Program-made: the position numbers and the translations under genes
In this document: positions 16,942-25,332 of the stretch, piece by piece
Layout of the letters: every line of letters starts with the position of its first letter
How positions within the stretch are numbered: position 1 is the first letter of the stretch
Notes under the pieces: model-generated
Told to the model about the DNA's origin: nothing
The model's input: only the letters and a program-made list of their open reading frames with translations
Database searches by the model: none
Assembly: GCA_017463565.1 (NCBI GenBank)
Contig: JAFTOZ010000113.1
Location: 1 to 52,074, forward strand
Source of the DNA: Clostridia bacterium
GTDB taxonomy: Bacteria > Bacillota > Clostridia > Christensenellales > CAG-1252
DNA: 52,074 nt
Reading direction: 5' to 3'

Positions 16942-19900
16942 TTATTTCTTTTTGAACAAAGCCACGAGGTCGGCTATGCTCTTTTTCTTGATAACAAACC
17001 AGAAGATGGCAAATCCACCCAATCCTGCCACGACAGCAGAGGCGACTGCGATGCCTGCGATAGCGCCTGCACCAAGACCCTCGTTGTCCTCGTCGGGTTC
17101 GGGGGAGAGGATGCCCACAGCGTAGCCGCAAACGTCACACTTGCCATCTACGTTGCCGTCGGCGTGGGGCGCTTGGTTAGCCTTGTCTCCACAGGTGCAC
17201 TCGTTCCAATGCTCGTTTTCATTGGATATCCACTCGGAGCCGTGGCTATGGGGTGCGGTGGCACCGTATGCGGTAGCGCAGGTGGAGCATACTGCCTTTT
17301 CGGTGCAGGTGGCGGTGCCGCCGGCACAGTTGCCGTTCTCTTTGTGCTCGGGGTTCAAGGTGCAAACTCTCGTATGCGTTCCATCGCCGTTTGAAGTCCA
17401 AGCACCGTAGGTGTGAGCGGTGGGATCGATATCGAGGGTAAGTTCACCTGCGGTCTTGACGGCATAGGCTTCGTCAAACAGAACGTGGCATACCGAGCAC
17501 TCGTAGTGGGCTGCCATACCCGGTGCGGAACAGGTGGGATCTACCTTGGCAATCAGGGTGCCGTAGCTATGGGCGGCTGCGATCTTGCCGTCGCCGTTCT
17601 TCCACTCTTCGAGGGAGAGAATTTCGTTGAGGCAGGCTTCCTCTTGGTAGAGTTTGCCACAGGAACACTTGTAGTAATCTTTCCAACCGTTCAGGGTGCA
17701 GGTGGCAGACTGTCCGTCTTGTTTGGCGGCAGAGCCACAGGTGTGGGGCAGCGTTCTGTCGTAGCCACAACTATTGCAGATCATATCGTCGTTGTCGGTA
17801 TAGTCGTGGGTGGATTCTTCGGCCTTGAGACCGCAAGAGCAAACCTTCCAATGCTTTTCGTTGTCCAACACCCAATCGCCAAAGACGTGTTGGGGAGCAG
17901 GAATGATGAGCGCGTTTTCGGTAGTGGCAACCTTGTTGGCGTCGAAGTAGCCGTGACAAACGGAGCACACGTAGTGCGCTGCCATACCGGCGAGAAGTTG
18001 CGTCTGGGTATGGACGGCATCCTGTTGGGGAATCAACTCGCCGTAGCTATGGGCGGCTGCGATCTTGCCTTCGGCAAGTTTCCATGCCGCAAGGTCGGGA
18101 ATGGGTGTAGTGCGTGCTTCATCAGCAAAGTATTTGCCGCAAGCACATTGATAGTAGTCTTTCCAACCATCGACCGTGCAGGTGGCAGGTTGTCCGTCTT
18201 GCTTGGTTACGGCAACGTCTACGTGCAGGCAAACGTATTCACATTCGGCGCAAACGCCGTTGTTCCACTCGTGGGGCTCGGAAGCTACTACGATTTCGTC
18301 GCAACAGGAGTACTTCTTTTCGTGCGAGGTGGCGGATTGGTGCCACTCGGGAGTACCGCTATGGGCGGCGGCGATTTTGCCGGCGGCGAGCTTCCATGCC
18401 TCAAGGTCGGGAATGGAGACTAGACCATCGGCATCTTCGTAGTTGGCACCGCACGAGCAAGCATAGTAGTCTTTCCAACCATCAACAGTACAGGTGGCAG
18501 GTTGACCGCTCTGGAGAACGGGCTCACACTCGTGGGGAGGATCTTGCCAGATGGCAAAGAATTCTACTGCGGCGGTGACGGAATAGGTATCACCGATGAC
18601 TTCGCCCTGGGCGGAAGTAGCCCAACCTGCAAACATCTTGCCGCTGGGCGCGGTGAAGGTGCAGCCAGGCAGGGTATACGTACCAACGTATTCGGTAGCA
18701 GGCATAGTGCCCGATCCACCGTTTGCGTTGAAAGTGATGGGGTGACCCACAATCTTGAGCTCGAAGGTGGTCTCGAACCCGAGATATTTGACGGTGACGG
18801 TGCGGGTACCGATGAGTTCTACGCCAAATACGTAGTTGATGGGATCTTGAATTTGGCTACCGTCGTACCAGTATTCGCAAAGACCTGCGCAGGGCTGTTC
18901 GGAACCGTCGGAATACTGCAGTCTTACGACAAGGCTGCCGAGATTCAACTTGTTGCCGGCTAAGACGGTGCCGGAGTAGGAAGCGGACAAACCGGTGGGG
19001 ACGGGGATAAGTTCCCATACTGCGTAGATATAAGTTTCTTCCGTGATGGTTATTTCATCGCCGGGCTGCTTCTGTTCGCCACCAAGACCGCCGATAGCCC
19101 AAGCCTTAAACTGCTTGCCCGAAGGAACTTCAAGTCCTTGTTCATCCATCAACGTGTATTGCGATCCTACGGCTACCGTATCACTATCAACCATGTTTCC
19201 TACGGAATAATAGGATACCGTTACGGTAGGAGCGTTTTTCCACATTGCAATAGCATAAACGTTAGAAGTGACAGTAATCGTTTCGCCTGCTTCCTTCTGT
19301 GCAATTTCCGTAGCCTCCATTGCGTTTTCGCCTACACGAATGCTCCAATAGTCAAATATTTTGCCTTCGGGAGCAACGATTGTACCAAAAATTTCGTAAG
19401 AATCCAAGGTGTAATTTGTTCCGTGTTCGATATCATAGTCAGCACCGCCCGAACCTTGACCTTCTCCTACGCCGTAAGAAACATAATAAGTTGGCAAGTC
19501 ATTAGTCCAAGTTACAGTAAATTCGTTACTTTCAATATTTTGCGAATGGCTAATAACTATCTTGTACTTTTCCACTTTTTCTACATCACTTGCAGAAAGA
19601 TCATACCTACCATAATTCGTAACATTCTCAACCTGTATCCAGTTTGCGCCGTCATACCTATACACATAGGTATAACTGTTGTTGCTATACACGTTTGAAA
19701 GATCAATTCTTGCCTTTTCTCCAAGCTTCGCATAAACGTCAGGGATATCTCCGTAGTATCCACGTCCTGCCCATTGAGCATACAAGGTAATGTCCTGTGT
19801 TACGGTATCAGTTTCAAAATTCCAATAAGGCCAATTCCAACCATAGAAAGTATCGCCGGCATAGGTAGGATCATTAGGCTTTGAGATTTTGCCGCCTACC

Positions 19901-21999
19901 GTATCAACTTCAATGGGTTCTGTGGTTGTAGAATGCTCGTTATCAACAAAGGTTACGATGATAGGCAAGAACTCTACCGCGAACGTGTCGCTCTCAATCC
20001 ATTCCGTACCGTTGTAAATCTTATATTTGTACTCTTTGGTGCAAGCGCTGTTTTGTTGCACGGTAAATCCACCGCTCAATGAGTTCCACTCGCTACGCTT
20101 TGCTTCAGCTACTTTTTCCCAATTTTCACCGTTCTTAACTTCAAGAACTATATTATAGCCCTCGTCATTATGCACTTGTGTAAGATCGATTGTTACGGGC
20201 AACTTAACGTTTGCACCGATTTTACCACTCGTATTTGTGGGCTGTGTGGTAAAGTATAGATTTTCCCAAACAGCATAAATGGTTGTATCTGCGTTGATTG
20301 TAATTTCTTCGCTGGGTTGCTTCAGAGGTGTAGCGTCGGGACTGCCGATAGCCCAACCCGCAAATTTCGTACCATCCGGCGTGTAGAAGCTACAATCCTT
20401 GAGCGTGTACGTACCGCCTGCTTCTACCGTTTCTTCTGCCATATAGCCGGAAGCACCGTTGCCGTGATACGTTACGCTAAATTCAGTAGGAATAGCGCGG
20501 AATACAGCAAACAACTGAAGATTGCTTGTTAAATTGAACGTATGGATTGCATTGGTGGAAAGCGTTGCTTCGGTATTTTCGGGGGCGGTTACTCTCCACG
20601 CAACAAACTCGTAGCCGGGATTTGCTTCGGCTTTCACCGTTACCTCGGTATTCTTGATAAAAGTACCGCCGACAGATGTCGAGAAGTCCTGATTGTCGTT
20701 TTCGGTTTCCCAAGACACGTTTCCCGTATTGGGCAAGTTTCCTATTCCGTAAGCAACTACGGTAAGGTTATAAGAGGTCGTTTTTGCAGGGCTTTCTGTC
20801 GCATTACTCGATCTCTTAGCTGTAGACTTACCGTCACCATCTGCTTGAACCTTAAAAGTCCAACCGTCTTGGGGATTATAATCCGAGAAGTCATACCAAT
20901 CGTCCGTCACTGTTACCGTTTTAACTTGCCCATTAAAATCGTACAGAATGACATCATAGGAAGAAGCACCATCCACTGCCGTCCAAGTTGCCTTCGAGCC
21001 GTTCCATTTCAGATTATACGGTGCTTCAAACTGTTCAACGCTACTTGTGTAGTAATAATTCGCAATAAAGGCAACGCTGCCTGCTCCTTTTGGCTCAACC
21101 TCAAACCTATAATGACCTGAGTCAATTTTTAAGTTGTCCATCTCGGATATTATCGAAAGCACTCTCGCATTGTTTGTAAGATCATTGTCCCAACGATAAA
21201 TTTCTACGCCTATCGGATTTTTCAAAACAACTTGATAACCAGTTGCACCGGGAACTTCATCCCATCTGAGAATTTCGTCCTCGGTGATTCTCATATTCAA
21301 AGCATTGCCCGAATCCACGAGATTTACAGTTCTTTCGCCATTGCCTTTTTTAGGGCTTTCCGCCACGTTGCTATCTCTTTTATCGTTGAGAGCCCCGTTC
21401 GTTTCTGCCCGAACAGCGAAAGTCCAACCGTCTTGCGGATTGTATTCCGACAAATCCACAGGGCATTCCGTTACAGTTTTACTTGCAACAAGCCCTTCAA
21501 AATTATGCAAGAACACCGTGTATTTAATAGCGCCGTCAACGTATTCCCAAACGGCTTGATTGCCAAGCCATTGTAATCCATGAGGTTCTTCTAATTTGTC
21601 AACGTTGCTCGTGTAATAATACGACATTGAGGCTTTTTTACTAGTATCTTTTGCTATAACCTCAATTGTATATCGACCTGAATCGTATTTGTTACTGTCC
21701 ATTTCCACAATGAACGGAAGCACTCTGCTATCTGTGAGTGCGTTATCCCACTCCCAGATACTTTGACCCATTGAGTTCAATAACGCAACCTTATAGCCTG
21801 TTGCTCCGACTACCTCATCCCATTTAAGCACACCCTCATCGGAAAGGCGCATATTGAACGAGTTACCCGAATCAACTGCTACGATTTCTCTATCTCTTGC
21901 TGCCGCCATTGCGGTGAGGGGCGTCGCACAGAGGGCGCCGACCAGCATGGATAGTACCAGCAGGAAAACTATCATTATGATTTTCGATTTCGTTTTCAT
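16942..21999 (-). CDS. Giant (1685-aa) cell-surface repeat protein with a C-terminal TM anchor
   Basis: The start is trimmed to ATG 21999 (MKTKSKIIMIVFLLVL signal peptide), preceded by AAGGAGAA. There are two ~180-aa duplicated Fn3-like modules (~20800-21895). Listeria-Bacteroides-type repeats (F.GW...Y.VW) span ~18540-20800. Three Cys-rich modules span ~17075-18535. The C-terminus has a hydrophobic helix plus KKK (~16990-17065). Confidence 0.85.
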   Translation of the reverse strand: MKTKSKIIMIVFLLVLSMLVGALCATPLTAMAAARDREIVAVDSGNSFNMRLSDEGVLKWDEVVGATGYKVALLNSMGQSIWEWDNALTDSRVLPFIVEMDSNKYDSGRYTIEVIAKDTSKKASMSYYYTSNVDKLEEPHGLQWLGNQAVWEYVDGAIKYTVFLHNFEGLVASKTVTECPVDLSEYNPQDGWTFAVRAETNGALNDKRDSNVAESPKKGNGERTVNLVDSGNALNMRITEDEILRWDEVPGATGYQVVLKNPIGVEIYRWDNDLTNNARVLSIISEMDNLKIDSGHYRFEVEPKGAGSVAFIANYYYTSSVEQFEAPYNLKWNGSKATWTAVDGASSYDVILYDFNGQVKTVTVTDDWYDFSDYNPQDGWTFKVQADGDGKSTAKRSSNATESPAKTTSYNLTVVAYGIGNLPNTGNVSWETENDNQDFSTSVGGTFIKNTEVTVKAEANPGYEFVAWRVTAPENTEATLSTNAIHTFNLTSNLQLFAVFRAIPTEFSVTYHGNGASGYMAEETVEAGGTYTLKDCSFYTPDGTKFAGWAIGSPDATPLKQPSEEITINADTTIYAVWENLYFTTQPTNTSGKIGANVKLPVTIDLTQVHNDEGYNIVLEVKNGENWEKVAEAKRSEWNSLSGGFTVQQNSACTKEYKYKIYNGTEWIESDTFAVEFLPIIVTFVDNEHSTTTEPIEVDTVGGKISKPNDPTYAGDTFYGWNWPYWNFETDTVTQDITLYAQWAGRGYYGDIPDVYAKLGEKARIDLSNVYSNNSYTYVYRYDGANWIQVENVTNYGRYDLSASDVEKVEKYKIVISHSQNIESNEFTVTWTNDLPTYYVSYGVGEGQGSGGADYDIEHGTNYTLDSYEIFGTIVAPEGKIFDYWSIRVGENAMEATEIAQKEAGETITVTSNVYAIAMWKNAPTVTVSYYSVGNMVDSDTVAVGSQYTLMDEQGLEVPSGKQFKAWAIGGLGGEQKQPGDEITITEETYIYAVWELIPVPTGLSASYSGTVLAGNKLNLGSLVVRLQYSDGSEQPCAGLCEYWYDGSQIQDPINYVFGVELIGTRTVTVKYLGFETTFELKIVGHPITFNANGGSGTMPATEYVGTYTLPGCTFTAPSGKMFAGWATSAQGEVIGDTYSVTAAVEFFAIWQDPPHECEPVLQSGQPATCTVDGWKDYYACSCGANYEDADGLVSIPDLEAWKLAAGKIAAAHSGTPEWHQSATSHEKKYSCCDEIVVASEPHEWNNGVCAECEYVCLHVDVAVTKQDGQPATCTVDGWKDYYQCACGKYFADEARTTPIPDLAAWKLAEGKIAAAHSYGELIPQQDAVHTQTQLLAGMAAHYVCSVCHGYFDANKVATTENALIIPAPQHVFGDWVLDNEKHWKVCSCGLKAEESTHDYTDNDDMICNSCGYDRTLPHTCGSAAKQDGQSATCTLNGWKDYYKCSCGKLYQEEACLNEILSLEEWKNGDGKIAAAHSYGTLIAKVDPTCSAPGMAAHYECSVCHVLFDEAYAVKTAGELTLDIDPTAHTYGAWTSNGDGTHTRVCTLNPEHKENGNCAGGTATCTEKAVCSTCATAYGATAPHSHGSEWISNENEHWNECTCGDKANQAPHADGNVDGKCDVCGYAVGILSPEPDEDNEGLGAGAIAGIAVASAVVAGLGGFAIFWFVIKKKSIADLVALFKKK

Positions 22000-22010
22000 T
22001 ATTTTCTCCT

Positions 22011-22451
22011 TTACACGGCCTGATCCGTGTTGATTTTGAGCTTGATGCCTTCGAGGATTTCTACGAAGGGGAGTTTGCCACCGACTGTTTTGCGGTAGAC
22101 TTCGTCTGAGTTGACGATGACCTGCCCGGGGAGGACTAGCGATTGGCCGTCGGCACATTTGAACTGGATATTGAAGTACCACAGGGCGTCTTTGCGGCCT
22201 TTTGTGCGAGTGGGGCAGTAGAAGCAGATTTTTCTGTCCGGCATATTCAGCTCGAGCGAACTGCTTTCTTCGCAACCGTCGAATACGTCGGCGCCGAATA
22301 TGGGCATTGAGGAGTCGAAGTAGACCGTGTATATCTCTCGCGGGGCGGTGATAAACAAATACTCGGTGGTTTCATCTTGGTCGGTGAGATTTTCGTGCCC
22401 TTTGAGAATGGGAACTTCGATTTCGCTAAAGTTTAATCTTTTGGCTACCAC
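22011..22451 (-). CDS. Hypothetical 146-aa cytoplasmic protein, first gene of the giant-protein operon
   Basis: GTG start at 22451 with the SD AAGGAGGT 7-8 nt upstream. The stop is 12 nt before the giant gene's ATG. No signal peptide. Confidence 0.6.
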   Translation of the reverse strand: MVAKRLNFSEIEVPILKGHENLTDQDETTEYLFITAPREIYTVYFDSSMPIFGADVFDGCEESSSLELNMPDRKICFYCPTRTKGRKDALWYFNIQFKCADGQSLVLPGQVIVNSDEVYRKTVGGKLPFVEILEGIKLKINTDQAV

Positions 22452-22539
22452 ATACGTTACCTCCTTGCTATGGATTTGCCTATATATACTATGGCATTAT
22501 CATAATACCAAATAGGCGCGCGTTTGCGCCTACCTGTGG

Positions 22540-22572
22540 GGTATGGTTTAGGTATGGGTTGGGTATAGGTTT
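22540..22572. promoter_or_regulatory. Three phased direct repeats (GGTATGG / GGTATGG / GGTATAGG, 11-bp period)
   Basis: The copies start at 22540, 22551 and 22562. They lie ~90-120 bp upstream of the GTG at 22451 and just downstream of the LuxR gene's terminator. Confidence 0.4.
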
Positions 22573-22587
22573 TGGGAAAAAGGGCAT

Positions 22588-22617
22588 AAAAAAGCGGCAG
22601 CAGGAGTGCTACCGCTT
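22588..22617 (-). terminator. Terminator after the LuxR-family gene
   Basis: Stem AAGCGG(C)AGCA / TGCT(A)CCGCTT. A T-run follows on the minus strand. Confidence 0.65.
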
Positions 22618-22629
22618 GGGGAAAACGTT

Positions 22630-23577
22630 TTATTTGAAAAGGGAGAGGATTTCGTCTCTGCCGCTGACGTTTAGCGTGGTGTAGAGAATGCCAAGGTGCC
22701 ACTTGACGGTGTTTTCGGAAATGTGGAGGTCGGCGGCAATTTCTTTTTGGCTCTTGCCGTCGAGGAGACCATCGAGCATTTCCATTTGCCTGGTGGTGAG
22801 GGTTTTGTCCGGGGGGAGGAGTTGGAGAACGCGCTCTATGCGCTCGGCCTTGGGTACGGAGTCGAGTACGATGACCCTCGTTTTGGCGGAGCGCGCCGGG
22901 ACGTCTACCTTGCGGATATAGTCCTGCAACAGTAGATAGACGAAGAAATAGGCTAGCACGCTCATCAAATAGGAGACGGAAAGTAGCTCGAAGTTCCAAT
23001 GGGTGATCTTTTCGATGATCCACATGGCAATGTTGCCGAGAACGATGGCGAGCATGAAGCCAGCGAGCTTTTGTGAGGCATCCTTTTTGCGGACGAGGGA
23101 GATGATGCAGACGACGAGCATTGCCACGCCGTAGGCTACCACGTAGACAAGGTTTGTGGGGTGCATAACTCCGTATTCTTTGACGAGATGGGCGGCGCCG
23201 TTTTCGAATTCGAGGGTGGCGCTCTTGTAGTACCAATCCAACCAACCGGTCGTGAAGACGAGGGCGTACATGAGGATTGCCAAACCGATGAGCACGCCTG
23301 TGACCCACTTTTTGTAGGTGAATCCGCACAGTTTGGAGATGATCATGAACATACACAGGGGGACGAATACCTGGCCGAGGTAGGTGATTTTATTTGCCCA
23401 CAATGCGAATTCTACCGTTTTGGCAAGGGAAAGCAGAAAGTAGCCGAGCGTTGCGACACATACGCAAAGAAATAGGACGAACAGCCAAGGCTCGTTTTGC
23501 CTTTTGCGTATGAAGGCAAAATATAGGGGCGGCATAATGAGTGATAGCGCAAATATGATGCCGTATGCGATTGCCAT
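22630..23577 (-). CDS. Membrane-embedded LuxR/GerE-family transcriptional regulator (7TM-type sensor domain plus C-terminal HTH)
   Basis: About 6-7 TM helices in the first 220 aa. The C-terminal GerE-type HTH reads LTTRQMEMLDGLLDGKSQKEIAADLHISENTVKWHL. SD AAGGAGGA before ATG 23577. Confidence 0.8.
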   Translation of the reverse strand: MAIAYGIIFALSLIMPPLYFAFIRKRQNEPWLFVLFLCVCVATLGYFLLSLAKTVEFALWANKITYLGQVFVPLCMFMIISKLCGFTYKKWVTGVLIGLAILMYALVFTTGWLDWYYKSATLEFENGAAHLVKEYGVMHPTNLVYVVAYGVAMLVVCIISLVRKKDASQKLAGFMLAIVLGNIAMWIIEKITHWNFELLSVSYLMSVLAYFFVYLLLQDYIRKVDVPARSAKTRVIVLDSVPKAERIERVLQLLPPDKTLTTRQMEMLDGLLDGKSQKEIAADLHISENTVKWHLGILYTTLNVSGRDEILSLFK

Positions 23578-23710
23578 AGCTGTCCTCCTTTTGATTTTGC
23601 CGTTACTTTTTTATAACATATTTTGCAAAGAAAAACAAGAGTTGCGGAAGCAATCGGGAAAAATATAGCAGTTTTTTTGTGGAGAAACGGTGCCTCGAGC
23701 GAGGTTGGGT

Positions 23711-23773
23711 GGGGAAAGTGAGGATAAAAAAAAGAGAGCGTTTGGAACGCTCTCTTGGGTTTAGTTGGGGTTG
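23711..23773 (-). terminator. 63-bp repeated terminator module (copy B)
   Basis: Stem AAGAGAGCGT / ACGCTCTCTT (23732-23756) plus a T-run on the minus strand. It follows the lipoprotein gene's stop at 23775 directly. Near-identical to 16770-16832. Confidence 0.8.
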
Positions 23774-23774
23774 A

Positions 23775-24251
23775 TTAGAACAGAATGTCCTTGACTGCAT
23801 CGGGAGTGCCGAAGTAGAGGGCTTTGCCGCTGAGACCGAACTTGCTAGATTCGAGGGCTTCTTCCAGCTTTTTGATTTGCTCGAGGGCTTCTTCTTTCTC
23901 TTCGCCTTCCAACTTCTTGGCTTCTGCTTTCAGCTCTTTGATTTCCTCTTTAGCATCTTCGTACTCTTCCTTCATTTCCTCGTGGGCTTCCTTGGCCTTG
24001 TCGGCATCCTCGTAGTAGACTACGGTGACGGATTGGTCGTCCTTTCTGGCGATGAGGGTGGACGATACGCCGTTGTCGAACAAACCGCCGATGACACCGC
24101 TGAGACCGCTGTCCTCGATGACGGTATAACCTTTCTCTTCCAATTTAGCCTTGAGATCTGCGGGTTCTTCGGGCACACAAGCCACCAGTACGGCAGTCAT
24201 CAGAGCCATTACCAATACTACGCTAATTGCAACGATTAATTTCTTTTTCAT
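23775..24251 (-). CDS. Hypothetical lipoprotein with a Glu/Lys-rich coiled-coil-like tail
   Basis: Signal peptide with lipobox (MKKKLIVAISVVLVMALMTAVLVAC). Confidence 0.7.
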   Translation of the reverse strand: MKKKLIVAISVVLVMALMTAVLVACVPEEPADLKAKLEEKGYTVIEDSGLSGVIGGLFDNGVSSTLIARKDDQSVTVVYYEDADKAKEAHEEMKEEYEDAKEEIKELKAEAKKLEGEEKEEALEQIKKLEEALESSKFGLSGKALYFGTPDAVKDILF

Positions 24252-24315
24252 GTAAGTTCCTCCTTGTCTCCCTCGATAGAGGGTGTCTTATTATACGATG
24301 AAACGGGGGGTGTTG

Positions 24316-25299
24316 TCAAGCCTTCTTTTGGGGGGCGGTGGGTTGATTTTCCTGCCAAACTCTGAGGAAATTGTCCGTCCACATTTTGTCTACTACGCGA
24401 GAGGGCAGGTGCTCAAGTAGGGCGGTGTGGAGCAAGGGCATACGTTGACAGCCCTCCAACGGGGGCAGGGCGTGGATACCGTCGAAGTCGGTGCCGATGG
24501 CAAGGACGTCTTCGCCTGCTACTTGGTGGATATGGAGCACGTGCCGCACGGCAGACTGCAGAAGGTCGTCGGTGGGCGCTGCACGTAGGAAGTCGGGACA
24601 GAGGTTGAGGCCTGTGATACCGCCGTGCTCGGCAAGGGCTACCAACATGGGGTCGGTGAGGTTGCGCGCAACGGGGCAGACGTCGCGTGCGTTGCTATGC
24701 GAGGCAACGATGGGTTTGGTGGAAAGGGAGAGAACGTCCCAAAAGCCACCGTCTGAGAGGTGGGAGACGTCGACCATCATACCGAGGGCGTTCATTTCTG
24801 CAACGACCTGTCTGCCAAACTCGGTGAGGGGTCGGGGGTCGGTGCGGTAGAGGGATTCCAGGCGGTTTTGGGAATATTCGTTGATGTCCAGGTTGGGATA
24901 GCCGATTTCGTTGGGATAGTTCCAGGTGAGGGTCATCATACGGACACCGCGCGAGTAGAGGTGGCGAAGTTTGGCAATATCCCCCTCGATAGTGGCGCCC
25001 TCTTCGATGGTGAGCATGGCGGCAAGGCGCCCTTTTTCGACCGCAATACGGTAGTCCTCGGGGGTGCGCACTGCCATGACAAGGTCGGCGTTTTCGGCCA
25101 CCATACGGTCGAAAAGGTCGGCAAAGGTGAGGGTGCGTTGGTAGAGATCGCCAAGCCGCTTGGGAAGAAAGATGGCGAAGCATTGGAGCGCGCCGGGGGC
25201 TTGGAGTCGGGTGAGGTCGAGTTGACCCTCTCCCGAACGGAGTTGGGGGTAGGACAGCGCGGTGAGGCTGTCGCAATGCATATCGATATATCCTTTCAT
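24316..25299 (-). CDS. Membrane dipeptidase family M19 (renal dipeptidase-like)
   Basis: IDMHCDSL near the N-terminus, then MVDVSHLSD and IVASHSNAR motifs. Length ~327 aa. Confidence 0.85.
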   Translation of the reverse strand: MKGYIDMHCDSLTALSYPQLRSGEGQLDLTRLQAPGALQCFAIFLPKRLGDLYQRTLTFADLFDRMVAENADLVMAVRTPEDYRIAVEKGRLAAMLTIEEGATIEGDIAKLRHLYSRGVRMMTLTWNYPNEIGYPNLDINEYSQNRLESLYRTDPRPLTEFGRQVVAEMNALGMMVDVSHLSDGGFWDVLSLSTKPIVASHSNARDVCPVARNLTDPMLVALAEHGGITGLNLCPDFLRAAPTDDLLQSAVRHVLHIHQVAGEDVLAIGTDFDGIHALPPLEGCQRMPLLHTALLEHLPSRVVDKMWTDNFLRVWQENQPTAPQKKA

Positions 25300-25302
25300 A
25301 CT

Positions 25303-25329
25303 GAGAGAAAACCGCCCAAAAGGGCGGTT
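25303..25329 (-). terminator. Hairpin/terminator after the 725-aa membrane protein gene
   Basis: Stem AACCGCCC / GGGCGGTT with loop AAAA. On the minus strand it is followed by TTTCTCTC. Confidence 0.5.
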
Positions 25330-25332
25330 TGT

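Noticed and set aside
21999-22275. N-terminal 92-aa extension of the giant ORF (track ORF starts at 22275)
   Set aside because: The extension is Arg/Pro/Gln/His-rich and overlaps the 146-aa gene in another frame. ATG 21999 has an SD and begins a proper signal peptide.
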